Below, piece after piece: positions 27,055 to 43,460 of a DNA stretch of 64,000 nt. Source of the DNA: Octopus vulgaris (lineage: Eukaryota); assembly GCA_951406725.2 (NCBI GenBank), contig OX597817.1, positions 87,172,001 through 87,236,000 on the forward strand. Direction: 5' to 3'. Both the position numbers and the translations under genes were made by a program. The notes under the pieces were generated by a model, which made no database searches, was not told the DNA's origin, and was given only the letters and a program-made list of their open reading frames with translations. Position 1 is the stretch's first letter, and every line of letters starts with the position of its first letter.

Positions 27055-27616
27055 TACCGTCAGAAATTAATTAGCACCCTTGATTTGCTCACCATGAAGC
27101 ATGGTGGAAGTGGTCTGATGGTGTGAGGGGCGTTCAGCTACAGTGGTGTTGGGCGGCTCTATGCCGTCGAAGGCAACATCAACGCAGCAAAGTACGTTGA
27201 GATAGTACGGGATACCTCTTTGGTGGCGAGGAGTACGTGCTGGCCAGTCACCTGACCTGAACCCTATTGAGAACCTCTGGAGTCGATTGGGTAGGGATTT
27301 TAATGTGCAGCAATACAGGAACCGACACGAGCTGTTTGGGGCACTTCTTGCTGCATGAGGGGCCATCCCTGCACAGTACCTGCAGGCACTCATAGACAAC
27401 ATGCCGACCCGCGTAGCAGCTGTCATTGCTGCCAAAGGAGGTGCAACAAGATATTGACTAAATTTCACGATTAATAACAATTATGTGGTGTGCTGGGATA
27501 TGTTTTAATAAATTTCTGATTAAAAACGAGTTCGTTTCTGATAATAAGTTAATTAAATTAAGAAAATGTAAGAAAATGTAGAAATTTGAGAAGTGCTAAT
27601 TAATTTCCGACGAAAA

Positions 27617-27619
<3 letters not shown>
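27052..27619 (+). mobile_element. Internally deleted Tc1 element inserted in (TA)n
   Basis: TIRs cactaccgtcagaaattaattagcac / gtgctaattaatttccgacgaaaagtg. Motifs TMKHGGSGLMV*GAFS, SPDLNPIENLW and MPTRVAAVIAAKGGATRY*. Confidence 0.92.
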
Positions 27620-27707
<88 letters not shown>

Positions 27708-28055
27708 CTGATACATACATACATACATACATACATACATACATACATACATACATACATACATAAATACATACATAGACTGCTTACTTTAGATTCAAAC
27801 CTCATTACTGCCCCACTTCATGTTTTATACAGGTTCTGACCTCTAGTGATAGTGAGGTTACGTATATGAATACAATCAGGCGCAAACCTAAACTAATAAA
27901 TACATATGTAGTCTACGTTTAAAATATATTGAATTGTTCGCAGAAGTGTTGTTCTCTAGTTCGTTTGATCTAAACTATCATATCATAATATGTTACATGT
28001 GCATATGTATGCCTATATGGTTGCATGTACATATAATTCTCTCTCTCTCTCTCTC

Positions 28056-28118
<63 letters not shown>

Positions 28119-28339
28119 TAGCAAATGCAACCGTCCTTTGGATGATGTAATTATTATAATGGTGCACTACTGTGGACGGTTGAAGTTGAATTAGCCCGCA
28201 GTTGGAAGTCGTTTCAAGTTGATAAGCGTAAAATGTATAATTACCGTTTTCGTTAGCAGCTTATGATATGGTATTAAGAAACTGAGGTAATGAATTAATT
28301 TTTTTGAATACAAATTTGGCAGATAGTGATAAATAAAAG

Positions 28340-29637
28340 TCCATGCAATGGGATCGCAATTGCAGTAGGTATTAGGGATCCTATATCTTACTTGAAGCGT
28401 TTTGTATCATGTACTTATTTTTCTTGTAATAGCTGACACAAACCTTAAAAGGAATCTTCTTCTCCTTACATACTTCTCTGCTGCTGGGATAAAATGGTTA
28501 AAGAACCCCTCTTCAACAACAACAGTAACGCATCGTTATAACAGGGTCAGTTCTTCAAGACATAGGGGTTATGTGCATGATACATAAGCAATGACTTTAA
28601 CTTAAAATCTCCTGCACAATTACCTCCCAACATTTTAGACCTTGTAGCCTGGAAAATTTCTCTCCTCCTTGGAAACTAATGAATGGTCGGGCAATTTTTT
28701 TCCAACACAACCTAGTTTCGTCTACGTTAAAAACCTGTTCGGGAAGAAACCAGTTTTCTTCGATTATTTTCTTTAATCCTTTAGGAAATTCTGCTGCTAC
28801 TTGTCCGTCAGCTTATACACTTTCAGCTTGCATCTTAATGGAGTCATAGCTTCTTCTCATGAACCATCCTTGACTTGCCTTGATAGTTTTTCTTCCGGTC
28901 CTCAAACAAAGACAACGCTTTCTCTCGAATGATTTCTTGACCAATGCTGACGAATCAACCTAATCAAAGGAGAAAGAAGACTTTCCAATTCTTCGTAGAT
29001 TTGCCTAGTGACAATGTTCTTCATCCCTGGGGCTTCAGCTTTTATATATGCTAAAATCTTGTCCTTATTATGTACAGTCGTCGATACAGTTGTCCGACTG
29101 CAATTGCTACCACTTTTTCACCTTTTTCATGGCGTTTTAGCATAGCCAGTTTATCTTCCTGCGTTATAGCAATACGCTTAGTACTTTCAGTATGAATTTT
29201 CTTAGGAACAATGGGGGTAAAAATTAAAGTCGCAAATGAACGAGAGTGAGAAAATAGCCGATAAACATACGTACACAAATTTGAATTCAAAACAATCGCG
29301 GAAATCATGAGTGACAACGACGCCTGACGGTAGATATTGGAACTACAGTGCAATATGTGGTCCGAAAAACCGATAAATAAGACAACACAGCTGATTTCAT
29401 GGTTTCGTCCACTAAGCTACACTACTTTATGGTGTGTATCTTAACATTTACTTACGCATGTTAATATGATTTTAACCGTTTTCTAGTGATCTTATGATTC
29501 CAGTATTCATGGTGGACAGACGTAAAGTCAAGTAAAATGACTTAACTTGATTTTTATTTTTCCATATATTATTTTTGGAAACCTACGTATAATCTAGAAC
29601 GACTTAAATCGAAATGACTTAAGCCGAGGTATGCCTG
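28340..29637 (-). mobile_element. pogo/Tigger transposon remnant
   Basis: Terminus TA-CAGGCATACCTCG. CENP-B-like HTH KRIAITQEDKLAMLKRHEKGE, plus KASQGWF, PEQVFNVDET and FFNHFIPAAEKY. Confidence 0.85.
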
Positions 29638-29714
29638 TATATGTTTCTATATATAGGAACATATACATATGTGGGTGTTTAAGTATTTGTGTATATGGAT
29701 TTATGGGCACACAT

Positions 29715-29749
<35 letters not shown>

Positions 29750-30421
29750 ACGTGTATTTTACATACAAATTCATGGGTGTCCCACTTGAAACTAAGAGTA
29801 CTGAGTCTGAATCAAACTTTTTTTACCTATACACACACACGCATACACACACACACACACACACACACACAAATATATATCTATTATCGGTATATTCATA
29901 TGCATTAAACGTACATGTATATGTACTTACAGAAAAGTTCACGCATAAAAACTTGCATCATATCGATATTTTTCTTTGTGTTTCAGTTTTATTTGCCTTT
30001 ATGTGTATTTTTGTCTACTTGTGAATGTATATGTATCTGTGTATATGTTATTTGTATGTTTTTGTGTGCGCATGCGCGTGCATTTCATATATGTCATTTT
30101 GAAAGCACTTCCAGTGCAAGAAAAACATAATAGTCTTTTTCTTTTAATTTCGGTTGTCAAAATTGAAAGGAAGATTTATAAAAAGATAATATATATTAAA
30201 TGTATTTAGTTGAAGATCCGAGATGAATACAAATACATTCTCTATATGTTTTTCTGCTTTTATTGGGTAAAAGAACGTAAAATTTAGTATTTCTTAAAAT
30301 TCTTTAGTAGTCATTGCTATATTTAATTACTGAACTATTAAAATACAGAATTAAACGAATTCATTCGCACACATCGATAGAAACATACATACATACATAC
30401 ATACATACATACATACATACA

Positions 30422-30456
<35 letters not shown>

Positions 30457-30508
30457 TTGAACTGGTTAGAAGTCCACATTTACGCACATCACTGCTTAGC
30501 GCTTCTAA

Positions 30509-30563
<55 letters not shown>

Positions 30564-30589
30564 CTTTATTTTTAATCTTTAATCTTTAA

Positions 30590-31180
30590 ATTGTTTCAGC
30601 TTCGAAGCTGCAGCCATGCTAGGACACCACCGTAACTGTGCTACAACATTATTTGAAGCCTCCTCTCATATGTGGCATTTGGTGAATGAAGGAGTTGAGT
30701 GCCGTTGCCCTTATCCGTTTCCTGCCATGAGGTTTGCTCATCTGGTACCCTTGACAAGAAGAGATCCAGTTTTGTTTTGAAGACACCTACATTCAGACCA
30801 TGCAGGTCTCTCAGGCAGTTTGGAAGGATACTGAAGAGCTGTGGGCTTTTGAAACCCAAGCTGTCGCAGTATCTGGACTTGTATTTTGATGGAGATGTTG
30901 GGGGGCTTTGGCACTATGCATTGGCGCCCCGTTCTGCTGTTTGTTTAACTTTCAATGCCAGAGTTTGGTACAAGACCTTCTAAAATTTTCCAGATGTATA
31001 TCACTGCATATCTTTCATGCCTTCATTCTTGTGAGAAGAGTTTTCATACTTTCCGTCTCTCACAGTAGCTGATACGTTGCATTCACACGATTTTTCTTGT
31101 GTAACTTCGTTGGATTGCTTCGAGTTCCGCCGTTAATTTTATATTGTGCGGTGGTCATAGTTGGGAACAGTATTCTAAGA
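30590..31180 (-). mobile_element. CR1-group LINE 3' fragment
   Basis: LEYCSQL*PP..LEAIQRSYTRKI...RHERYAVIYIWKILEGLVPN and PQLFSILPNCLRDL...FKTKLDLFLSRVPDE. Confidence 0.88.
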
Positions 31181-31259
31181 GTATAGAGTAGAGTAGCATA
31201 AAAAAGATTAAGATAAACTCACTTGGAAATGGATGTGTGGCGTTTAATTAAATAATATA

Positions 31260-31404
<145 letters not shown>

Positions 31405-31414
31405 TATAGATATA

Positions 31415-31530
31415 TGCATATATGGGTACAGGACATCACTATCTGTATAAAGAACATGAAATACGAAAACAAACGAGTTAAATACGCAAACAACGAGAGA
31501 AAAATGGAAAACAGGAAAAGTAAATGTGTC
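31415..31530 (-). mobile_element. Family X 3' fragment
   Basis: Reverse-complement match to about 33810-33910 and 35755-35850. Confidence 0.65.
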
Positions 31531-33405
31531 GTGATAAAAATTGCTTATTAGCCTCAAGTATGAACAAACTTGTATACAAGAGTAATACAAGAGGATGCAG
31601 CGGTCAATCAATGAAGTTTATTAATCAATGTGTCCGACCCACTTGATTCCATATCGAATTTATGCAAAAATTTTGATTGCTACCATACAACTACAATACA
31701 TAGCAATAAAGTTTGCTTATTATGGGGTAATTAAGTCTGTGAATGAAAGGAATGAACAAGAAAGTTATATACTGCACGTGTTTCAAAAGGAGCACGGATG
31801 CATATTACGTTACATTAAGATGCTACTTATTATTGGGTCTTATTTCTCTTCAGGTACTTCTCACCTGTCTGATGATTTCGCCAAGACAAACCAGGAAAAA
31901 CATTTCTACATTTCAGCAATCGTAAGGGGAGTGGAAATAGGAGCTGATCAAGTAACCAATCGTCTGCTTTTTCTGCAAATAACTACAGCAAGGTAGAGTG
32001 AGATATAGTTTCATGTATGTCATTTCCTTATCTGCATAAATAGATTTATGGGTGACTTCGAATAGTTCTTGAGTGATTAGTATTTTCCCTATATATTTAT
32101 AAAGCTGTTGAACAGCAGCACAATGCAAAAGTTAGAATAGTAGACGGGATGTTAATTACTTAAAGAAGGTAATGCAAGGTGGCTGAGAGGAAAGTGGAAA
32201 GATGAAACGATAAGAAAGTGAAACAAATATTCCAGATATAAAGCTGATTGTAAATGGCACACTCCCAGACGCTACTACATGAAATAAAGCTAGACAGGCG
32301 CACCCATGCACAATAAACCTACACATGCATATGTATGCCATCACTTTCACGTACACATATATGCTTGCTCACACCAAACTCCTAGATAAAAAGTCATTAT
32401 GCCCAAAATAAATCCCAGTCATTCATGAAAGGGAGAAAATTTCACACGTCTGGCCCCTTCAAACTTCAACGTGTAAAAAAAGGACTATTCTTCGAACCAG
32501 AATTCATGAAAGAATATAAGACACCGAAGCGAATGTGGTCAACCACTAGCCTACAGGAAGGAGAGAGACAAATACCACTGAACAACGTTTTAGATCTCGA
32601 CTCAAACATATATCCTTTAATTAACCTCAAGAGACCTATTGCATATCAAACATTGGCAACAATTTATTACCAATCATAAACTTCTAATTTATTATTTAAT
32701 TGCAAGCTTGAAGTAACTCCAGACTAACTAAATGTACTATTATATAAATTACGGTTACAATTAAAATGTTTAATTAATCATTTTTGCACTATAATCTTGT
32801 TTAAAATGATACTTGATATAAGATTATTAGTAACATCAACCAATAACTTACATCTATTAACTATCGTTTTCAAATCTTATATACTGTATGCGATCTTAAA
32901 ATTTAACTTACTAGTCTTATTGTATTCAGCAATCACCTGAAATGTATTACAAATATCAAATGATAACGCTCAGAGAAACAACCTTATTCATATCCTAAAC
33001 ATTTCCACTTGCTTTCAAGTCCTAAAGATAAATTTTGTATAATATATTTTGGAAAAAATAAAATTGTAAGTGGGAACGAAAATATCTATGAAGCTACAAC
33101 ATCCATAAATTACTTGACGAAACTGGGTGTCGCTGAAGTGATTATCTTAATGGTTGTTGAGTATAGAGTGGCAGGAAGTGTGAAGACTGGAGATTCCTAT
33201 GATAATAAACTACAACTTAAACAAGTTTGAATGATCTTTCGTTGAGTTAGGGTTATGTGCCATACGCATGAAAAACAATTAACAAGTTAGTTTTACAATA
33301 TTTGCTTCAGTTAGTATGAACAAGCAAATTAGAAGTATCTGTATGATTATTTGTCATTGGCTAATGTGTATTAGCGTTCTGATGCTCATTAAGAATGGCA
33401 AAGAA

Positions 33406-33552
33406 GGCGCGTGGCTTAGTGGTTAGGGGCATTCGGCTCATGATCGTAAGGTCATGAGTTCAATTCCCGGCGGCGCGTTGTGTCCTTGAGCAAGACCCTT
33501 TATTTCACGTTGCTCCAGTCCACTCAGCTGGCAAAAATGAGTAGTACCTGTA
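33406..33552 (+). mobile_element. tRNA-SINE family C head (Nin-domain-like)
   Basis: A box tggcttagtgg, B box gagttcaattcc, then gtgtccttgagcaagac...ccagtccactcagctg. Confidence 0.85.
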
Positions 33553-33662
33553 ATATCGATGTTGCACGGATCACGGTCAGACCAAGAAAGAAAAAGCAGG
33601 CTTGGCCGATCGGTCACGTGGGAAGAGAAGAGAGAGTAGTAGAAGCAAAGGGACAGAAGAAT

Positions 33663-33710
<48 letters not shown>

Positions 33711-33714
33711 TACC

Positions 33715-35510
<1,796 letters not shown>

Positions 35511-35519
35511 TATATATAT

Positions 35520-35850
35520 GATTCCAGGACGTACTTTCTTGTCTAACGACCCTCCATGTTTGTTTTCGTTCGGTTTCCTTATATGTCTCCACTGTCCTGT
35601 TTTTGTTCCCAACTTGGACCCTCTATAAAATCAAAAATTTATTTGGGAAGTTATAGGAGCAGCTGTCTTCGAAAACCCATAATGCCACTGAATGCTCGAA
35701 ATGTAGATTAGATAGACAGCCGACAACTGATGAAGGGTCGTTCTTTGTGTTACTTGTCTTGTTTTCAAATTTTTCTCTCAGAGTTACGTATTTAACTCGC
35801 TTGTTTTCGTACTTCAGGTTCTTTACAGTTGGTGACGTCCTGTACCTATA
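35520..35850 (+). mobile_element. Family X, longest copy
   Basis: Homologous to 8030-8285 and 33715-33910. Ends in (TA)n. Confidence 0.65.
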
Positions 35851-35852
35851 TA

Positions 35853-35953
<101 letters not shown>

Positions 35954-35998
35954 TATGTTATTTATATTATATAAATTATTATACATACACACACACGA

Positions 35999-36032
<34 letters not shown>

Positions 36033-36212
36033 TCTCATAAAATTAAAACGACAATTAAAGAAGATGGAGAAATAATTGAAAAGATGCTTGGTTCGTTTTA
36101 GTTCTATTACAATTGGAAAGTAATGCAAACGAAAAGATGAAAAATATACCTATATATATATATATATATATATGAAAGAAGGTTTGAAAATGCACTTTTA
36201 AAAGATGTTTGT

Positions 36213-36257
36213 TTACTTTACCGGTTTCACTTTTTATAAAAAGATTGTCAAAAGTAA
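36213..36257 (-). ncRNA. Minimal hammerhead motif, U3-A8 core variant
   Basis: TTACTT-TTGACAA-T-CTTTT tata AAAAG-T-GAAA-CCGG-TA-AAGTAA. Six-bp stem I, palindromic stem III ACCGGT, GUA triplet. Confidence 0.72.
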
Positions 36258-36511
36258 CATGTAAAAGCTTAGTGTGTTAGTAACTGGTTGTCACTAAATA
36301 CTACAATACATATTTACATTCTTTGATAACAAGAACATGTTAAGAACAGTTTACAAGGGAAAATCATGGGAAAATATAAAAAAAAGTTTAACAAGTTCAT
36401 CAAAATATTGGCCACAAAAGCTTAGTTGTGCCAGGTACTGGTTGTCACAAAATATTACCATATACATATACATTCCTTGATAATAAAAACATGTTAAGAA
36501 CAGCTTACAAG

Positions 36512-36572
<61 letters not shown>

Positions 36573-36629
36573 ATATACACACACACACACTCAGATATTC
36601 ATTCCCACATCCATACGTATATATGTGTA

Positions 36630-36669
<40 letters not shown>

Positions 36670-37879
36670 TATATACACACATTCATACATACATTATATA
36701 TGTGTGGGTATACATACATATGCATTAATAAACATACACACGCACATGCACCTGCACACAAACACATATATACGCATATATATATATATATATATGCATA
36801 AGCTTATGATCGTGCGACTACATTTAATTGATATAAATTGAAATGCTCTGCTTCCGATGCTTTATCAAGATTAACTCCAAGTAATAAAATGGAAATTCTA
36901 AGAGCAGAACCAGAGCGAAATTTACTGAAGATCGTTTAGGCATCAAAGTAAACTGAATTAAAAGGAAATAATTAAGGTTGCTATTTAGAAATATAAATAT
37001 AGGATAAGAGTTGTTATATAACGCAATAAACAAATTGAATTAAATACTTGAGTTTAAATTAACATCTTTTCGACAATATAGTTCACAATAAGTAGATTTT
37101 GAGAATTTTATCGGTGTATTGCTGATATATTACATTTTTATTAACATAAGCTAGACACTCATATACACACATACCGATATGAATATAAATACACACACAC
37201 GCGCACATAGTCAAACACGCATATATATATATAGGTTTATGAGACAGAATCACCCTCAAGCAACTCAATCATAATTGAACGACATTATCCACGATAGGTA
37301 CATATTGGACTAACTATTAAAATCATCAAAATTAATACCTTCACTTCTTATTCCAAAACATATACTTTACATCATATAGACTACGCGTGTTTCTTGACAG
37401 CATATACCTCGATATTGCTGAAATAGAAGGTCTTGAAATACAATACCATATTAAAACAATTATATTGCCAATCTTCAAGTATAGATTATATGAACATAAT
37501 TTGGCTATTTACATCCTATATAAAGAGATGACAAACTAAAATTATATAACTAGAAGTTGTTGGAATAATTTTACTTTAGTAAATAATGAACAGAAATGTG
37601 GAATAAAAGTATAAAAAAGAAATGTTAACTTATCTGTCTGGTAATTTTCTCTCCAAGAATTAAACATGGCTACCAACAATCGTATAATCCAACACTGAGA
37701 GCTATTGTGTTGGGGAAATAATTCTTATTAACATTTAAAAGTTCTTAAAAGGTATTTTCTAATATTTATAATTGCCGTGTAAGGGAAGTGAATAATAATA
37801 AATCAAGAGAAGCCAGAAGTGAGTGTATGATGGGAATAGTCTAATTTTTTACGTGGTTAATATATTTTATTTATATGGT

Positions 37880-39636
<1,757 letters not shown>

Positions 39637-39691
39637 AACAACATCGTAACATACTTTAGGAATGAGAACCCAGGTTCGAAATTTCCCCTAG

Positions 39692-39735
39692 ACACGTGAT
39701 GAAGGCTGGAGGGTATATCAGCCGAAACGTTGTGT
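39692..39735 (+). ncRNA. Minimal hammerhead motif (C3G, probably inactive)
   Basis: ACAC-GTGATGA-A-GGCTG gagggtatat CAGCC-GAAA-CG-TT-GTGT. Confidence 0.72.
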
Positions 39736-40129
39736 TAACAACAAACAAGATGAGGACAAATATCCATCAAATGTAAATGATGTATATAATGTAGAGTTTG
39801 TAGTCTTTGAATTACTGCTAAGGAAACGAATGCGATTGGAGTTTATATCAGAAAAACTAATATTGTTGATATTATTGTTCAAAGGGTGGCTGGTGTTAAT
39901 AATATGAATGCTATTATTTTCATTAAATGGATTTGTATTTAACAGCTTATTGTTATGCGAAGAGATAATTTGTGAAAGGGTTTTGATGTTTGAAATCCCT
40001 ATTCAGATTCAGATTGAATTGATACTTATACAAAGTTTTTGCTACCTTGGAAACTATTTATCTATTTTTCCCGTGTTATTTGTACACATTGAAAAAATAC
40101 ACAAACATACATACCCCCCCATATATATA

Positions 40130-40276
40130 TAAATACGACAGGCTTCTTTCAGCTTCCGTTTACCAGATCCACTCACAAGGCTTTGGTCGGCCCGAGGCTA
40201 TAGTAGAAGACACTGGCCCAATGTGCCACGCAGTGGGACTGAACCTGGAACCATGTGGTTGGTAAGCAAGCTTCTT
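40130..40276 (-). mobile_element. tRNA-SINE family A head
   Basis: Reverse complement of the 12632-12792 type sequence. Confidence 0.85.
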
Positions 40277-40311
40277 GCCCCTCCACACTCACCCCCACAT
40301 ACACACACACA

Positions 40312-41240
40312 TATTGCGTCATCCCATTAAAAAATGCCGTTTTTTCAATTGCATGAACTAAAAGTCGAAGGTGGATAGGATGAACTTCCTGCATCATCTT
40401 GCTATAAAAGCAGGTAGTGATTTTTACCTGGTCCTTATTCGTAGTGCAAATTTTGAAGAGTGCTGTTCGATTTTAGCAGTTATCTTTTCAAGCTATAATG
40501 GAAATGACAAAGGAGCATATTCGGCATATTTTGCTCTATAAATTCAATAAAGGCCACAATACAACGGAAAGTGCGAGGAATATTAATGCAGTATATGGGA
40601 ATCAGACAATAGGCGTAAGCCAGTGTCAACGGTGGTTCCAGAAATTCCGAGCCAGAAACTACAGCCTAGAAGACGAGTCTCGTCCTGGAAGATCTGTAGA
40701 ATTTGACGAGAATGTCCTGCAAACCTTGGTGGAACAAGATCCTATCGTAACTGTTGAGTAACTAGCAGAGAAGCTTGGATTTGATCGTTCAACCAGTCAT
40801 TGACACTTGCGCTAGCAGAAAAACGATCACCTTTGGTTTCAAGACGAAATATGTTCTTCCATCAGGATATTGCTCGGCCACATACAGCGAGGATGACATT
40901 CCAAAGGCTGGAGCAGTTTGAATGGGAAACGATGCCCCACCCACCATGTTCGCCGGACATTACTCCATCTGCTTATCATTTATTTCACAGTCTTCAAAAT
41001 AATTTGGATGGAAAAAATATGAATTCTGTAGACGCAGTCAGAACAGCACTGGAGGAGTATTTTCTAGTTATGACAAGTGAATTTTGGAAGAGGGACCTTG
41101 CAAATCTGTCAGATAGATGGAAGAACATTTTAGAAAATGACGGAGAGCATATTTAAAATTTAAAAAATAACTTTGCTTATCTTAATTTTGTAAAATAAAA
41201 GAAGTACAGAAAAGCCGCATTATTTATAGTATGACCCAAC
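40312..41240 (+). mobile_element. Internally deleted mariner element
   Basis: TIRs tattgcgtcatcccatt / tatagtatgacccaa. ORF pieces KEHIRHILLYKFNKG..QRWFQKFR..LEDESRPGRS and HQDIARPH..PHPPCSPDITPSAYHLF. The central region is missing. Confidence 0.92.
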
Positions 41241-42119
41241 ACATATATTCCAAAAGGTTCTAATGCTGTTATATATAGTGTTATGGAATCTATTTATTTA
41301 GTAATCTGTCTAAATTTTCATATATCCGGAGACAGATTTTCCTTGTTTCTACTTACAAAAATTTGAATGAAAAACCCAGGAAGGGATACTCACTTTAGTG
41401 TAAGAATCGGAAAAGTGGGAATAACAGCAATATCCATGTTAATGATTTTCTTCAGTGTAATTAAGAAGAAACAATTCAAATGTGACATACTATAGCCATA
41501 TAAAATTAGGCTGCTAGTATATCTGCATTTTGTTGATTTCCAGTGGGGTTTTGATGAATATTGCAGGAATTATCAGAGCCGAGAAAGTACGGTGACCTTC
41601 AAAATTAACTGACACGATTTCAAATACGCGTGAATGAATCGTTTGCTTGGTCAGAGTGGATAAATCTTTCAGGAATCTTTTGAGGTAAAGTCTGCTGTTG
41701 TTCAGAGCAGCACAGCCTCCCCATTTTTCTGTGTAGGTGATTGTGCGATAAACGAAAATGTTACCCAGGAAAGAGTTTGTAGAATACAATAGATGGATAA
41801 TGAGATATTGGCTATACAAGATTAAGCTGACAAATTGGTGAGGATTACAATAGCAACAGAAGATATGCAATTGGCTATTGGGTAGGTTAATAAGGAAAAG
41901 GCATTGATAGTCTATTAATTGTTCAAAGAGAGAAATAATGGTGGCTATAAACTATGCAGAAATTTAGAAGGTTCTGACGCCGTCATCTCAGGCATCTATC
42001 AAATTACCCTCTTAATTAAAAGAGGATCACTTGCCCCTAACATTGCTTTGAGTGGTAGTGTGCGGTGCATCAATAAAGGTGTTAAATTGAATATTTCAAA
42101 TACGTGATTGATGTCACAG

Positions 42120-43460
42120 AGTCTTTTGTGCTCGTATGACATCTTTCGTTGTCTTTGTTGAAGATAATATTTTGATCCATTGGCTGTTAACGTTGGTAAG
42201 TCGCGAATATTCGCCTTATTTTCTGCCAATACTGACAAATGGGTGACCACATGTGATGAACTGGTGTATTATCAAAAATTAGTGATTTCTATTTAATTTG
42301 CAGAAAGTTTGAAGATATCTTGCTGATATTTGCACTTTGCTGCATTGAAATACGGGAAAACCGCCATTGAAGAATTGGAATAGAAATAATACACTAGTAG
42401 CTTTCTCTCTGCTTCAAAGTTTTAAAAGCTGCATGACGCTTGCATGTGTAAACATAACGCTGAGAATCCTTTCTTACAACCATGTGAAGTGGTTTCATTA
42501 TTAAATGCTCGATCAGTCCAGAGTAGTTGTCATCAATACAACTCAATTTCATCCGTATTATACACTTCAGAAATTAAGAGCCCTACACAAACAACATCTT
42601 TTAACCTTTGCTTAATAGTGCTGTTTCTTTGGTTGTTGCTCTACTTTTTTCTTCATGGGTATTCAAATATTCTTCCCATGTCGATTTCTAAATCGCCGTA
42701 ATCACCAACCATGGGATCCAAGATTCTTGATACTCATCTAACTAATTAGCTTGGCTGAATCATTTTGAATTGCTACTATCGTTAGCGCAGGATCTTTGAT
42801 GAATAAACATCCTCACTACCTTCTCAAGATTTTATCTTTTGCTTTCTTCCATCAATAGATGTTAGTTTATGCTGTGATGAGAGTTACGACGCCCCTTGCG
42901 AGGGACAGACTTGTCCGAGTAAAGTATAAATAGTAACTATCCGATGGGTTCAGAGTTCGGAGTCGAGTGAAGTTCGTGTTAATTCGCAGAGAAGTCATAA
43001 GATGTTTGTTGGTTAGTTCACAAGGAATATTGATTGTTGGTTCCAAAGGAGAATTGTTAGTTCGTTATAGTGGTGTTACTGTCGTCTGGTTATCTTATTT
43101 ATTGTACGTAACAAATTACGTTACAACATCTGGCGACGAGGTTTTCGAAGCTCACTTAGGTTATTTAACAATTTGCTCGTGATCCAACTTGTTAAATAAT
43201 GTTAGTTCGTTATATTGTTGTTGGTTATCTTATTTATTGTACGTAACAAATTATGTTACAACAGTTTATAGTTTACTTCTACAGTATATCTAAAAAAAAA
43301 ACAATGGAGTTAATTCTCAACCTTGCATATGTCCGAAGCTGTTTGCATTTTAACATTGTTCGCTTCACAAACTCACGCCAAGGAAGCATCTACTTCTAAC
43401 TTCCTATAAATATAAATTTTGGGTTAACTGATAGGGTCACAGTCATTGTCTTTATATTAT
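42120..43460 (-). mobile_element. Old pogo/Tigger (Jerky-like) transposase remnant interrupted by an LTR element
   Basis: In order on the minus strand: KLEVDASLA*VCEANNVKMQTASDI, GSHGW*LRRFRNRHG, EVYNTDE, DNTPVH and QPMDQNII. Confidence 0.75.
42870..43263 (+). mobile_element. Miniature Gypsy-type LTR derivative (LTR + PBS + partial second LTR) with 5-bp TSD
   Basis: TG...CA LTR at 42870-43128 with TATAAA. PBS TGGCGACGAGG at 43131-43141. LTR 3' end repeated at about 43200-43263. GTTTA on both flanks. Confidence 0.82.

Noticed and set aside
31628-33230. Non-repetitive short ORFs as candidate host exons
   Set aside because: No recognisable domains or convincing splice context. Small exons cannot be excluded without RNA data.
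33406-33475. tRNA gene
   Set aside because: A and B boxes are present, but there is no acceptor stem and it continues into a SINE body.
37421-37438. 17-bp match (aatagaaggtcttgaaa) to the centre of the 56229 palindrome
   Set aside because: The similarity does not extend and there is no ribozyme core nearby. It may be chance in AT-rich DNA.
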